A stretch of 64,000 nt of DNA, from assembly GCA_964617735.1 (NCBI GenBank), contig CAZTXT010000001.1, forward strand, positions 138,338-202,337, given 5' to 3'. Of the stretch, positions 36,790 through 47,246 are shown one piece after another. Each line of letters begins with the position of its first letter. The first letter of the stretch is position 1. The notes beneath the pieces were generated by a model, which did no database searches, was not told where the DNA came from, and saw only the letters and a list, made by a program, of their open reading frames with translations. This stretch comes from an uncultured Candidatus Saccharibacteria bacterium (GTDB taxonomy: Bacteria > Patescibacteriota > Minisyncoccia > Phycocordibacterales > DSPV01). Position numbers and translations under genes: made by a program.

Positions 36790-37743
36790 TTAGGGCGGGG
36801 ATAGCAGTCGCCCTCTAAAGAACAGCGGCCGAGTGAGAATGGTGTTGGTGAACACACTGCTGCCATTCTGGCCGATGGTGATGGGAGAGCCCACGCTCGT
36901 CCAGTTGAACAGATTGCTCGAAGTCTCGATGGCAACTTGTTTGCCCGACATTCCCGTGAATTTTACGTAGTTGACATTGTTTGTCCTCATTTGCGTCAGG
37001 CAAATGAGGGTGGAGCGTAGTTTCGCTCCGGTTATGCCGTCAAATACTTCGTAAATCCCTTTGGGAAAGCTGTACCAGAGGGTAATCTCCCGCGAGTAGC
37101 CGGGGACCGCACAGTCCGGGTCGACCAGACCAATCTGGAAATACAGCACTCCGTCGCTTGAGATCCGAGAACAGCCGACGCCATTGGGTGTCGATACAAT
37201 ACTCCGTTGTCCGGTACTGTTGTTGATGGTGACATAGTCAACACTCGTGACGTCGGTACCTGCGCCGGTTATCGGCATGCACTCCGAGAGTGCCCATGAT
37301 TTCCACGAACACCCGTCGCTGCTCGGATAGAGCAATGATGAAAACGGGATGATGGGTTTCCCCGCTCCGTCGAGTTGTACCGTGAATCCCACCGGGATCC
37401 AATTCTCCACTACGGGAGAAAGGGAGCCTTGGATAGGGAAGTAGAGGAAGTACGCATGGCGACCAGCGTCACTCGTGCGTAGGGCTGTGTTAAAGAGCCA
37501 GATCATGTTGGTCCGTATCACGCTCTCAAGCGATCCCATGCTCGAGTCATAGAGCGCATTGGTGCCCATGCTTGGTCCGGAGAGATTCGACAATTGAATG
37601 TAGAATCCCGTTATTTCCCTTTGGATCTGCCCCGCGATCGCAGAGCGCGAGTTGATGGGAAGCGAGGTGAGCTCGCCGGGTTGCATGGCATCCGTCGTCC
37701 ATACAACCAGGAGCATACTGACGTATGCAATGAATCGTTTCAT
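36790..37743 (-). CDS. Secreted hypothetical protein with a Verrucomicrobia-type C-terminal domain
   Basis: Signal peptide; C-terminus IETSSNLFNWTSV...FTNT...FFRGR; own promoter (TTCAAA-17-TATAGT), AAAGGA SD and terminator. Confidence 0.75.
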   Translation of the reverse strand: MKRFIAYVSMLLVVWTTDAMQPGELTSLPINSRSAIAGQIQREITGFYIQLSNLSGPSMGTNALYDSSMGSLESVIRTNMIWLFNTALRTSDAGRHAYFLYFPIQGSLSPVVENWIPVGFTVQLDGAGKPIIPFSSLLYPSSDGCSWKSWALSECMPITGAGTDVTSVDYVTINNSTGQRSIVSTPNGVGCSRISSDGVLYFQIGLVDPDCAVPGYSREITLWYSFPKGIYEVFDGITGAKLRSTLICLTQMRTNNVNYVKFTGMSGKQVAIETSSNLFNWTSVGSPITIGQNGSSVFTNTILTRPLFFRGRLLSPP

Positions 37744-37932
37744 TTGCGTTCCTTTGGTTGCAGGCCGTCGGCCTTTTGTTTATGGAGAACTTATTCCAGT
37801 TCGACTATACCACATCTTTCATGAATTTTGAATGTGCCCTAACATTGAAATAGTCAGAAAACGCCCATATATGCCCATTTATCAACAGTTTTTCCACCAT
37901 TTTTAGCACGTTCAGTGCTATAATTGCGCGAT

Positions 37933-38274
37933 ATGCACATACTGGAAGACCTCCCGCAGTCAAAGGCTTTTTGGATTGCCGTTTGTGCGGCAGTAGGGTT
38001 TTCTCTCGCGGTCTTGGTGGTAGGGATTTTTTCGGGGCCGAGCGCCCTGGTGCCCAAGAGTGGGCGCCCAACGACGGAGACTCCGGTAGACACGTTCGCG
38101 CGGCAGTTTTTAGAGAACTATACGACGAAGCTTTCCAAAGATGAAAGTCAGCGGTTCGCACAGAGTTTTCTGGATACCTCGAAAAAGAAACCTCCGCTCT
38201 CCAAAGCGGAACAAGAAGCGTTCGCTGAAAGTTTTCTCAAGGCTTCGGCGACGAAAACAACGACTACGCATTGA
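37933..38274 (+). CDS. Small single-TM hypothetical protein
   Basis: TM helix; repeated FAxxFL helices; TATAAT upstream. Confidence 0.65.
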   Translation: MHILEDLPQSKAFWIAVCAAVGFSLAVLVVGIFSGPSALVPKSGRPTTETPVDTFARQFLENYTTKLSKDESQRFAQSFLDTSKKKPPLSKAEQEAFAESFLKASATKTTTTH

Positions 38275-38302
38275 GCATTACTCATTTATATAATAATTTC
38301 GT

Positions 38303-39277
38303 ATGAAGAAACTCCAGCAAAATCTTTTTGACGCGATAAAAGTCGCGGCACTCGCGGCGGCTCTTACCCTCGGAGCCAATTACCTCTTCGCATGGACCAA
38401 TCCTCCATCGAGTCCTCCTTCAGGTAATGTGGCGGCTCCCCTTAATGTCAGTTCAACCGAGCAAACCAAAGCGGGACCGCTGACTCTTGGTTCGGTTAAC
38501 GGCGGTAATGCTGATGGCGGGAGTACCGTGGGCACCGGCGAGGCGATTTTACGGCTCGGCTCTCCGACCGCATCCGGCGGTCAATGGAACATAAAACGCA
38601 AGAGCTATTATGGCCCGGTCTATGCAGGAGGTATCTATGCGCCTTTCGATTATGAATTTGTCATGTATTACGGTGCTACGCCGGCTTTTTCTGTTACGAA
38701 GGACGGGGCGCTTGGTGTGAGCACTGATGAGCCGAGTGCCGGGTACAAATTTGATGTTAGAAATGGTCCCGCTTTGTTCGAAGGAGGAGCGGCTGTTTCC
38801 AATAGCTTCGCCTATGCCGACGGCAATCAAGCAACGGGCAAGGTTCTCGTTTCTGACTCAAATGGAAACGCAACCTGGGGAGGGTTTAATACCTCTTTCA
38901 TCAAATGGACTACGGTCACGTCGAATATCGGTGCGAGCAGCTACCAAGATACCGGTTTACAGCTGACGGTTACCCCGAAATTCCCTACGGATAAATTCGT
39001 CATCATCGCGAATATCAATGCGAACAACGGAAGCGCGGGCGGAGACTGCACCGTCGGATTATTCAAAGACAGCACGGCTTTAGCTGCGCCATTCGCATCG
39101 TACGACAACGGTGGCGGGGACAATGATGCCTCGACTGTGGGCGTTACCTACGTAGACACGGCAGGCAGTATGGCGGCACGCACCTATATCGTCAGGGGAT
39201 ATAACTGCTATTTCAACGCTTCTAGAAATGGAAATTATACCGGCGCTTCTACCATGACAGTTCTTGAACTCCCGTAA
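38303..39277 (+). CDS. Secreted CPR-type fibre/adhesin-like protein
   Basis: AWTNPPSSPPSGNVAAPLNVS..QTKAG N-terminus; GKVLVSDSNGNATW; tail-fibre-like C-terminal beta domain. Confidence 0.75.
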   Translation: MKKLQQNLFDAIKVAALAAALTLGANYLFAWTNPPSSPPSGNVAAPLNVSSTEQTKAGPLTLGSVNGGNADGGSTVGTGEAILRLGSPTASGGQWNIKRKSYYGPVYAGGIYAPFDYEFVMYYGATPAFSVTKDGALGVSTDEPSAGYKFDVRNGPALFEGGAAVSNSFAYADGNQATGKVLVSDSNGNATWGGFNTSFIKWTTVTSNIGASSYQDTGLQLTVTPKFPTDKFVIIANINANNGSAGGDCTVGLFKDSTALAAPFASYDNGGGDNDASTVGVTYVDTAGSMAARTYIVRGYNCYFNASRNGNYTGASTMTVLELP

Positions 39278-39289
39278 GCCCTACGGATC

Positions 39290-40546
39290 ATGAAGGTATC
39301 TTCCATCAGCAGGAAGGGTTTAGCTACAACCGCGATAGCCTCTATGTCTGCGCTCGCGGCGTTTTTCCTGCCCTATACTGCTTCTGCGAACATCGATGTG
39401 ACCGGTTGGTCGTGGTCGGAGAACGTCGGCTGGATCATGTTCGGCGCTCCGCAAGGGGGGACGCTCACGCTCTCTGATGCGGGTGCCGGAGAATATTTTC
39501 TCAATGGTTGGGGATGGTCGGAGAACGTCGGCTGGATAGAATTCGGCGCGTTAGCTAACTATCCCAGTGGCAATGGAACGTATTATGGGAATGCGAAGCT
39601 TGATGCAAGCGGCAATTTAAAAGGATGGGCGCGTGCGTGCGCCGGAACGGCGAATGGAGATTGTAACAGCGCAAGCCGTACCGACGGCTGGGACGGCTGG
39701 ATCAGCCTGGGCGGCACGGGCTACGGCACTCCGCAGAACATCGGATACAATCGCCAGAGCTGGTATTCATGGGGTTCAGATGTCATCGGTTGGCTTCACG
39801 TCGGATTCGATCCGTTCACCGCCGACGCAACTGTCGTTCCTCGATGCGGAGGAGGTACCGACAATACCGTTGCCATTTCGTGGAAGCCCCCGCCTCCGCC
39901 CTATGCGAGCAGTGTTTCAAGCTATACCGTCAATGTGAAAGACCAGAGCGGCAACTACCAGACCCAGACATTTGGCAACGGTTCGTCATCATACCTCGCC
40001 CAATTTTCAGGTCTAACGTCGGGGAACAGCTATACCGCCGAGGTCATCACGACCTTCAGCGGAACCTTTGGCACATCAAAATTCTCGCAGGGTTTTTCAA
40101 TTAACTCATGTCCCCAGCCCGTCAATTCCCTTGGCTGTGATTTCCAGTCGGGCGACACCTTGCAGAGCATGCAGCCGGGCAATTATCCCGAGAGCTCCTC
40201 GAACCCGCCAGTCCGGCCTTTGGTCGGCAAACCAGTCCTCTTGACCGTACATATCAGAGGAGGGAATCCGCCCTATCGTGTCGTTTGGACTGATGAAGAA
40301 TTACCCAGTTCGGGGACGACCCAGACGAGCGTGCCGGGAGGAACCTATGATGAAAATACGCAAATTTGGTCCACCGATGACTCTTTTACCCGCATTTATT
40401 CTACGGTCGGCCCCAAAACCATCGGGGCGTATGTCTACAATTACGGCAATAACTCCACCAACCTCGCCAACGCGGATATCACCTGTAGCATCAGCGGCGT
40501 GAGCCGACCGATACTCAAAGCCAAGCCGAGGTTCCAAGATTTTTGA
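39290..40546 (+). CDS. Secreted protein with GWxWSENVGWI repeats plus FN3- and PKD-like domains
   Basis: GWSWSENVGWI, GWGWSENVGWI, GWDGWISL, WGSDVIGWL; FSGLTSGNSYT. Confidence 0.8.
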   Translation: MKVSSISRKGLATTAIASMSALAAFFLPYTASANIDVTGWSWSENVGWIMFGAPQGGTLTLSDAGAGEYFLNGWGWSENVGWIEFGALANYPSGNGTYYGNAKLDASGNLKGWARACAGTANGDCNSASRTDGWDGWISLGGTGYGTPQNIGYNRQSWYSWGSDVIGWLHVGFDPFTADATVVPRCGGGTDNTVAISWKPPPPPYASSVSSYTVNVKDQSGNYQTQTFGNGSSSYLAQFSGLTSGNSYTAEVITTFSGTFGTSKFSQGFSINSCPQPVNSLGCDFQSGDTLQSMQPGNYPESSSNPPVRPLVGKPVLLTVHIRGGNPPYRVVWTDEELPSSGTTQTSVPGGTYDENTQIWSTDDSFTRIYSTVGPKTIGAYVYNYGNNSTNLANADITCSISGVSRPILKAKPRFQDF

Positions 40547-40651
40547 GCGTTTCGGTGAGCGCCGCCTTTGTTTGCCCACAGCCGATGGAAGCGGTTTCCT
40601 GCTATACTGAAACTGCACGCGGAGTTTAGATTTTCTAACGTTGGGGGGCAT

Positions 40652-42400
40652 ATGTTTATCGAAAAAAAACAGCTCAAGGATTTCGTTCTCGATTCCGGCT
40701 TGGTTTCCTCTTCCGATTTTACGAAGGCGGAAAAAGCGTCGGAAACGGAGGGTATTTCGCTCGGCGAAGAGCTGGTGAAAGAAGGCAAGATCTCCGAAGA
40801 CGACCTGCGGCGTATGCAGGCCTACATCCTTGGCATTCCTTTCGTTGATCTACGCAATCAAAAGATAGATTTTGAAATACTCTCGCTCATCCCCGAGCCA
40901 ATCGCGCGCACCAACAACATCGTCGCGTTCCGCAAGAGCGAGGCCGGTCTTGAAGTGGCGATGCTCGATATCTCGGATCTCGCGGCGATCGATTTCGCGA
41001 AGAAGAAAGTCGGTCTCAAGATCTTGCCGAGGCTCACCAACACCGAATCGATCAAGCATGTGCTCTTGCAGTACCAAAAGAGCCTTAAAGCGGAATTCGG
41101 TGACATCATAAAAAAAGAATCCACCTCCATAAAGGCCATCAAAGAGAGTGCCGAAGATGTTTCCGAGAAGGACCTCAAGAAGATGGCGGAAGATTTGCCG
41201 GTGGTCCGGATCGTCGACACGCTCCTCAAGCACGCGATCCTCCAGAATGCTTCCGACATCCACATCGAGCAGATGGAGCATGAAGTCATCGTTCGCTATC
41301 GGATAGATGGCATCTTGCATGACACGATGGTTCTACCCCACCACGTTGGCGCGTCGCTCGTCGCGCGCATTAAAGTTCTCTCGAGTTTGCGTCTCGACGA
41401 GAAGCGTCTTCCGCAGGACGGGCGTTTCAAGGTAGAGACCGAAAGTGAGAAGGTGGCGTTCCGCGTCTCCATCCTGCCCACCTACTACGGGGAGAAGATT
41501 GTGATGCGTCTTCTCAAAGAGAATTCCACCGGCTTTACGCTCGAGGGCTTAGGCTTCCACGGCATGGCGCTCGAGGCTATTCATCAGTGTCTTAAACGAA
41601 CGACGGGGATGATCCTTTCCTCGGGTCCCACCGGTTCGGGCAAGACGACGACGCTCTATACGATGCTCGACATCCTCAACACGCCCGACGTCAATATCTC
41701 CACGATCGAGGACCCGGTGGAATATCAGATGAAGCGCATCAATCAGTCGCAGGTCAAACCCGAGATTGGATTCACGTTCGCCGCCGGCCTGCGCTCGCTG
41801 GTGCGCCAGGATCCCGACATCATCATGGTCGGTGAGATCAGAGACAATGAGACCGCCTCGCTCGCCATCAATGCCTCGCTCACCGGCCACTTGGTGCTCT
41901 CGACCCTGCATACCAACACCGCAGCCGGAGCGATTCCCCGCCTTATGGACATGAAAGTCGAGCCGTTTTTGTTGGTATCGACGCTTGCGGTAGTGATCGG
42001 ACAGCGCCTGGTGCGGCGCCTTGCCAAGGGTAAAGAGAAATATGTCATGTCTAAGTCGGAATTGGAGACGCTTCGGAAATCCGTCGACCTCGATCGCGTG
42101 CTCGAGGTGCTCAAAAAGGAGCAGATCGTCGCCAAAGGCGCCAGTTGGGGAGACATTCCCTTCTATCGGCCTTCGTCAGGGGGAGGAGAGGATGCAGGCT
42201 TCAGCGGACGTCTGGTGATCCATGAAGTTCTGCAGGTCACACCGACCATTAAAAATCTCATTATCAAAGGCGCGACATCCGACGAGCTCGAGGCGCAAGC
42301 TAAGAAAGAAGGGATGATGACCATGCTTGAAGACGGCGTGTTCAAGGCGGCGCAGGGATTGACGACGCTCGAAGAGGTTCTGCGCGTGATCAGCGAATAA
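40652..42400 (+). CDS. pilB: Type IV pilus assembly ATPase (GspE/PulE family)
   Basis: ASDIHIE, RLPQDGR, GPTGSGKTTT, TIEDPVE, RQDPDIIMVGEIRD, TGHLVLSTLH. Confidence 0.95.
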   Translation: MFIEKKQLKDFVLDSGLVSSSDFTKAEKASETEGISLGEELVKEGKISEDDLRRMQAYILGIPFVDLRNQKIDFEILSLIPEPIARTNNIVAFRKSEAGLEVAMLDISDLAAIDFAKKKVGLKILPRLTNTESIKHVLLQYQKSLKAEFGDIIKKESTSIKAIKESAEDVSEKDLKKMAEDLPVVRIVDTLLKHAILQNASDIHIEQMEHEVIVRYRIDGILHDTMVLPHHVGASLVARIKVLSSLRLDEKRLPQDGRFKVETESEKVAFRVSILPTYYGEKIVMRLLKENSTGFTLEGLGFHGMALEAIHQCLKRTTGMILSSGPTGSGKTTTLYTMLDILNTPDVNISTIEDPVEYQMKRINQSQVKPEIGFTFAAGLRSLVRQDPDIIMVGEIRDNETASLAINASLTGHLVLSTLHTNTAAGAIPRLMDMKVEPFLLVSTLAVVIGQRLVRRLAKGKEKYVMSKSELETLRKSVDLDRVLEVLKKEQIVAKGASWGDIPFYRPSSGGGEDAGFSGRLVIHEVLQVTPTIKNLIIKGATSDELEAQAKKEGMMTMLEDGVFKAAQGLTTLEEVLRVISE

Positions 42401-42421
42401 TAGTGCGGAGAGTTTCTTACA

Positions 42422-43636
42422 ATGCCACAGTTCAAATTCAAGGCGGAAAAACCCAACGGAGAAGTATACGAGGGAAAGCGTTCTGCCCCCGATAAATTCG
42501 CGCTCTATCGTGAAATCAAAGCGGAAGGCGATACAGTCATCTCCACCAAAGAGGAAACAGAGAAGAAATCGATCAAGGTTCCGCTGCTGAATTTTTTCTC
42601 CCGCGTGTCCATGCACGACCGTATCCTCTTCGCTCGTAACATCGGGCTTATGCTCGAAGCAGGCCTCCCGCTCTCCCGCGCCCTCTCGGTCATCGAACGG
42701 CAGACCCCCAAAAAGAATTATAAAAAGATCATCGGAAAGATCGGCTCCGAGATAAGCCAAGGGCGCTCGCTTTCTGACGCGCTTACACTCTATCCCGCGG
42801 TATTTTCAAAGCTATTCGTCTCGATGGTCCGCGCCGGCGAGGAGAGCGGGAGCCTTCCGAAAACGCTGAAATCCATATCGAACCAGATGATGAGCACGTA
42901 CCTCCTACAGAAAAAAGTGCGCGGCGCGATGATCTATCCCGCGATCATCGTCGGCGTTATCATCATCATCAGTTTTCTGATGCTCACGTATGTCGTGCCG
43001 ACGCTCACCGCGGTTTTCGCAGATCTTAAACTTGATCTTCCGTGGAACACCAAGCTCATTATCTTTGCAAGCAATGCGATGAAAGAGCATACCATCCTAT
43101 TTGTCGGCACTTTCCTGATTCTGGCCATCGGTTTTCTTTGGATTCGCAGAGTCCCGGCAGTAAAGCGCATCCTTGACGGAATCGTCCTCAAGATCCCGGT
43201 CATCAAAGGCATCGTGCAGGAATCGAACTCCGCGCGCGCGTCCCGCACGCTCTCATCTCTTCTTTCAAGCGGGGTCGAAGTGGTGCAGGCCATAGAGATC
43301 ACTGCAGACGTACTCCCGAACACACGATTTAGGGGAGTGCTCGACCTTGCGAAAGAGCGCATCAAGAAAGGAGAGCAGCTCTCGGTGGTCTTCGCCGATC
43401 ATACCGATCTCTATCCGGTGTTCGTCGGCGAGATGATCAACATCGGAGAAGAAACGGGCAAACTGGCCGAGATGCTCGGCAACGTGGCCGACTATTATGA
43501 AGAAGAGGTATCGCAGAAGACTAAAGACCTCTCCACAATCATCGAGCCGGCGCTCATGATCGTCATCGGAACGGCCGTCGGATTTTTTGCCGTGTCGATA
43601 TTGCAACCGATGTACTCCATCGTCAACTCGATATGA
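42422..43636 (+). CDS. pilC: Type IV pilus platform protein (GspF family)
   Basis: AGEESGSL, GAMIYP, IGEETGKL, IEPALMI. Confidence 0.95.
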   Translation: MPQFKFKAEKPNGEVYEGKRSAPDKFALYREIKAEGDTVISTKEETEKKSIKVPLLNFFSRVSMHDRILFARNIGLMLEAGLPLSRALSVIERQTPKKNYKKIIGKIGSEISQGRSLSDALTLYPAVFSKLFVSMVRAGEESGSLPKTLKSISNQMMSTYLLQKKVRGAMIYPAIIVGVIIIISFLMLTYVVPTLTAVFADLKLDLPWNTKLIIFASNAMKEHTILFVGTFLILAIGFLWIRRVPAVKRILDGIVLKIPVIKGIVQESNSARASRTLSSLLSSGVEVVQAIEITADVLPNTRFRGVLDLAKERIKKGEQLSVVFADHTDLYPVFVGEMINIGEETGKLAEMLGNVADYYEEEVSQKTKDLSTIIEPALMIVIGTAVGFFAVSILQPMYSIVNSI

Positions 43637-44103
43637 TCGGCGGTATCCAGAAGAATAATCGCGCCTTCACGATGATAGAAATGCTTATCGTAGTCGCGAT
43701 CATCTCTATTCTCGCGGGTATAACCTTAGAGACATTCTTCACTGCCAACAAGACGCAGGCGCTTGAAAAGGATACCGCGAGCATCAAGGCGATTTTGGAG
43801 CGGGCGCGGTCTCTGACTCTCTCCGCGTATGTCGACCAACCTTATGGTGTCCATCTCCAGTCCGATCGTGTCGTGCTCTTTCGTGGAAGCAGCTATGATG
43901 CGAGCACGTCGACGAATAATGTCGAGATGCTCAATGCAGCGGTCGCCATTTCGGCGCATACCCTCGCCGGGGGCGGCGATGACGTGCTCTTCCAGCGTCT
44001 CACCGGAAAAACGGACAACTCCGGAACGATCACGGTTTCGCTTTTGTCCGATTCCTCAAAATTTTTTACCATTACTATCAACAGTACGGGACTGGTGGAA
44101 TAA
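43633..44103 (+). CDS. Type IV minor pilin (FimT/GspH-like)
   Basis: Prepilin motif RA|FTMIEMLIVV. Confidence 0.88.
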   Translation: MIGGIQKNNRAFTMIEMLIVVAIISILAGITLETFFTANKTQALEKDTASIKAILERARSLTLSAYVDQPYGVHLQSDRVVLFRGSSYDASTSTNNVEMLNAAVAISAHTLAGGGDDVLFQRLTGKTDNSGTITVSLLSDSSKFFTITINSTGLVE

Positions 44104-44104
44104 T

Positions 44105-44587
44105 ATGCGCAACGAACGGCAAAAAGGAACGGGGCTCGTGGAGGTAGTCATCGCGGCGGCTATCATCACGTTAGTCGTTTTAGGACTGATGTCGGCATTC
44201 ACCCTGCATTTCAGGATCGGGCTCGATACGTCGGGGCGCATCCAGGGAGCGCTTCTTGCGGAAGAGGGCGTCGAAGCCTTCAAATTCTTGCGCGATGAGA
44301 GTTGGACGAACCGGATCGCGCCGCTTTCGACGGCGACGACGTATTATCTCGCGACTACTTCGACCGGATGGGAGGCGACGACGACGAAAAAGACCGATCT
44401 TGGAAAATTCGTCCGCACTGCGGTTCTCAATTCCGTGAACCGCGACGCAAGCGGGTTTATCGTCTCGTCGGGGGGCACAACGGACAGCGGAACCCGCCAG
44501 ATCGTCATTACCGTTTCGTGGCCGACCGCTTCGGGGACTACGACGAGGTCCATAACAACCTACCTCACCAATCTATACTCAAATTGA
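44105..44587 (+). CDS. Type IV minor pilin (PilV/GspI-like)
   Basis: KG|TGLVEVVIAAAII; ALLAEEGVE. Start at ATG 44105. Confidence 0.85.
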   Translation: MRNERQKGTGLVEVVIAAAIITLVVLGLMSAFTLHFRIGLDTSGRIQGALLAEEGVEAFKFLRDESWTNRIAPLSTATTYYLATTSTGWEATTTKKTDLGKFVRTAVLNSVNRDASGFIVSSGGTTDSGTRQIVITVSWPTASGTTTRSITTYLTNLYSN

Positions 44588-44590
44588 TCC

Positions 44591-45106
44591 ATGCCTGCAT
44601 TAAAACACAAAGGGTTCAGCGTTGTTGAAATGATCATTTATGTGGCGTTGCTCATTCTCTTTGTGATCCTTGTCGTTGACACGATCATCCTTATGTCCGG
44701 TTCGTACCGGAAGCTCACGCTTGCCCGAACTATCGCTACCTCCGCGGCAGTCTCCATGGAGCGCATGACGCGCGAGATACGGCAGAGCACCGACGTCGAT
44801 AACGCCGCAAGTTCGCTGGATACGTCTGCCGGACGGCTAGGACTCTTGACCACGGATGATAGCGGCGCGGCGGAGACCATTTCCTTCGCGCTTGAGAATG
44901 GACGAATCAATGTCTATGAGAATGGCGTCCTCTCCGGCCCGCTGACCTCTGCTTCTGCTAGCACGACTGTGCTGCGGTTCCATCTCTATCAGAGTGGCGC
45001 ATCCAAAGCTATTCAGATACTCATGACGCTGCAAGCGCAGAATGCTTCGGAGACGCGCACCGAGACTTTTCAAACGAGCGTTGAATTGAGGAATTCTTCT
45101 TTCTAA
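44591..45106 (+). CDS. Type IV minor pilin (PilW/GspJ-like)
   Basis: KG|FSVVEMIIYV; MERMTREIR. Confidence 0.87.
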   Translation: MPALKHKGFSVVEMIIYVALLILFVILVVDTIILMSGSYRKLTLARTIATSAAVSMERMTREIRQSTDVDNAASSLDTSAGRLGLLTTDDSGAAETISFALENGRINVYENGVLSGPLTSASASTTVLRFHLYQSGASKAIQILMTLQAQNASETRTETFQTSVELRNSSF

Positions 45107-45108
45107 CC

Positions 45109-46443
45109 ATGGTTACTACGATCTCGCTTAAAAAGAATAAACGTAAGCAGGGCCAGGTATTGTTGGGGCTGATTCTCCTGTTTTTGTTCATTTCATCAAC
45201 CATCGTGTTCGGCATTACGCGAGCGGTCTATTATCAACTCCGCTCGGTACTCGACTTCGGCGCTTCGCGCTCAAGCTACTATCTCGCCGAGGCGCTCGCG
45301 GAAGATGTGGTGTATCGCCTGAAAGCAGGGTATTCGATCCCTTCGAATACGACACTTGCGATCAGCGGCAACACGGCGACTGCGAACCTCACTGCAACAG
45401 CCAGCGGGCAGGAGCTCATCGCTACGGCGAATTGGGGAGGCTTGTACCGTTCTGTCCGTCTTGAGTTGAGCAATTCATCCGGTGTCTCTTTCTTTTATGG
45501 CGTGCAGGCGGGAAATGGCGGCGTAGTGCTCAACAACAGCTCTCTCATCAACGGAAATCTTTATTCCAATGGGTCGGTCGTCGGTTCCAATAACATCATC
45601 CGCGGAGACGTCATCTCCGCCGGTCCCACTGGTCTCATCAACGGCATCCATGCGACCAGTTCCGCCTATGCCCATACGATAACCAACAGCACGGTAGATA
45701 AGGATGCTTACTATCAGAGTTTTGCGGGAGCGACCTCGTCGGTACAAGTGAGCGGCGCGACGTGTAGCGGTGCCAACACGCACTGTTATCCCGGTAGCGC
45801 CGACCAGGCTACAAGCTCGATGCCCATTCCCGACAGCAAGATCGCCAGTTGGGAGAGCGACGCGGCTGCGGGAGGGAGTGTGACTTGCGTCTCGGGGGTC
45901 TACGAAGTCTCCTCGGACCGGACACTGGGGCCGAAAAAGATTCCCTGTGATCTGCAGATCGATCACAATACGACGCTGACCTTAGGCGGACCCCTGTGGG
46001 TAGACGGAAACGTGGTCATAAAAGGAGCGACCGTTAAAGTTTCAAGTTCGATCGTGGGCAAGACGCTTCCGATCATCGCCGATAAGGTCAGCGATCCGAA
46101 CAACGGAGGGACCATTACGATACAAACGACGAGCTCATTCGCCGGGTCGGGCTCGAACTCGTTTGTCATGTTGGTATCACAGAATCACGCTACCGAGAAT
46201 GGCTATGGGACCCTCGCTATCAACCTCACCCAATCGGGCGACGGTGATCTGCTCCTCTACGCACCCCACGGTGCTATCACGATGAACCAGTCCTCCAACA
46301 ACCTCGGCGAGGTCACCGCCTATTTGCTCACCTTCAACAATAATACCGAAGTGCACTACAGCACGGGTCTGGCACATTTGCTGTTCACGTCAGGGCCGAG
46401 CGGGGGGTATGTGCTATCCGATTGGAGAGAGGTGGTGAACTAG
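45109..46443 (+). CDS. Large minor pilin (PilX/GspK-like) with a beta-helix-like C-terminus
   Basis: QG|QVLLGLILL (no Glu5); SYYLAEALAED; C-terminal WREV. Confidence 0.8.
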   Translation: MVTTISLKKNKRKQGQVLLGLILLFLFISSTIVFGITRAVYYQLRSVLDFGASRSSYYLAEALAEDVVYRLKAGYSIPSNTTLAISGNTATANLTATASGQELIATANWGGLYRSVRLELSNSSGVSFFYGVQAGNGGVVLNNSSLINGNLYSNGSVVGSNNIIRGDVISAGPTGLINGIHATSSAYAHTITNSTVDKDAYYQSFAGATSSVQVSGATCSGANTHCYPGSADQATSSMPIPDSKIASWESDAAAGGSVTCVSGVYEVSSDRTLGPKKIPCDLQIDHNTTLTLGGPLWVDGNVVIKGATVKVSSSIVGKTLPIIADKVSDPNNGGTITIQTTSSFAGSGSNSFVMLVSQNHATENGYGTLAINLTQSGDGDLLLYAPHGAITMNQSSNNLGEVTAYLLTFNNNTEVHYSTGLAHLLFTSGPSGGYVLSDWREVVN

Positions 46444-46463
46444 CAAGTGCTATACTGTAGTAC

Positions 46464-47246
46464 ATGCCTCGGCGAAAAAAAGTAGTGATCGGCAATTGGA
46501 AGATGGGTCCGGCAACCTTAGAAGAGGCCCGTTCCATTTTTTTATCCATCCGGCGAGCCGCTTCCTCGTTCCGTAAGACAGACGTGGTGATCTGTCCCTC
46601 GTTCGTCCAGATGCAGCCGCTTTCGCGGTTGTCGAATCCGAAGCTCCAGGTGGGGGTCCAGGATGTATTTTTCGAGGCAGAAGGTTTTTTCACCGGTGAA
46701 GTCTCGGCGGCGCAGGCAAGGAACGCTGGCGCGCGCTACGCGCTCTGCGGGCATTCGGAGAGAAGGGTATTGGGCGAGAGCGCCGAACAAGTCGCTAAAA
46801 AATTCTCGCTGATTCTTAAGGCGGGAATGACTGCGGTACTGTGCATTGGCGAGCACGAGCGCGACCGCGATGGGAATTTCTTCTCCTACCTCAAAGATCA
46901 GATACTCTCTGGATTCTCGAAGATAGCCCGGCAATCCATTTCCCGGTCCGTGATCCTTGCGTACGAACCGATCTGGGCTATCGGTCGTTCGTCGCTTGAA
47001 GCGATGAAACCCGCTGATGTCCTGCAGACAACCATTTACATCCGCAAAGTCGTCAACGATGCGTTCGGTTCTCGTATCGCGCAGGCCCTCCCGATCCTCT
47101 ACGGGGGATCGGTCACTGCGGAAAATGCCGGTATGATCGTCTCCGAAGGTGGCGTCGATGGGCTTCTCGTTGGAAGACAAAGCCTTGAACCGAAAGGTTT
47201 TATAACGATGCTCAGAAATATCGACAGCGGAAATGTTCTACGATGA
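46464..47246 (+). CDS. tpiA: Triosephosphate isomerase
   Basis: GNWKM, GHSERR, AYEPIWAIG, LYGGSV, DGLLVG. Confidence 0.97.
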   Translation: MPRRKKVVIGNWKMGPATLEEARSIFLSIRRAASSFRKTDVVICPSFVQMQPLSRLSNPKLQVGVQDVFFEAEGFFTGEVSAAQARNAGARYALCGHSERRVLGESAEQVAKKFSLILKAGMTAVLCIGEHERDRDGNFFSYLKDQILSGFSKIARQSISRSVILAYEPIWAIGRSSLEAMKPADVLQTTIYIRKVVNDAFGSRIAQALPILYGGSVTAENAGMIVSEGGVDGLLVGRQSLEPKGFITMLRNIDSGNVLR

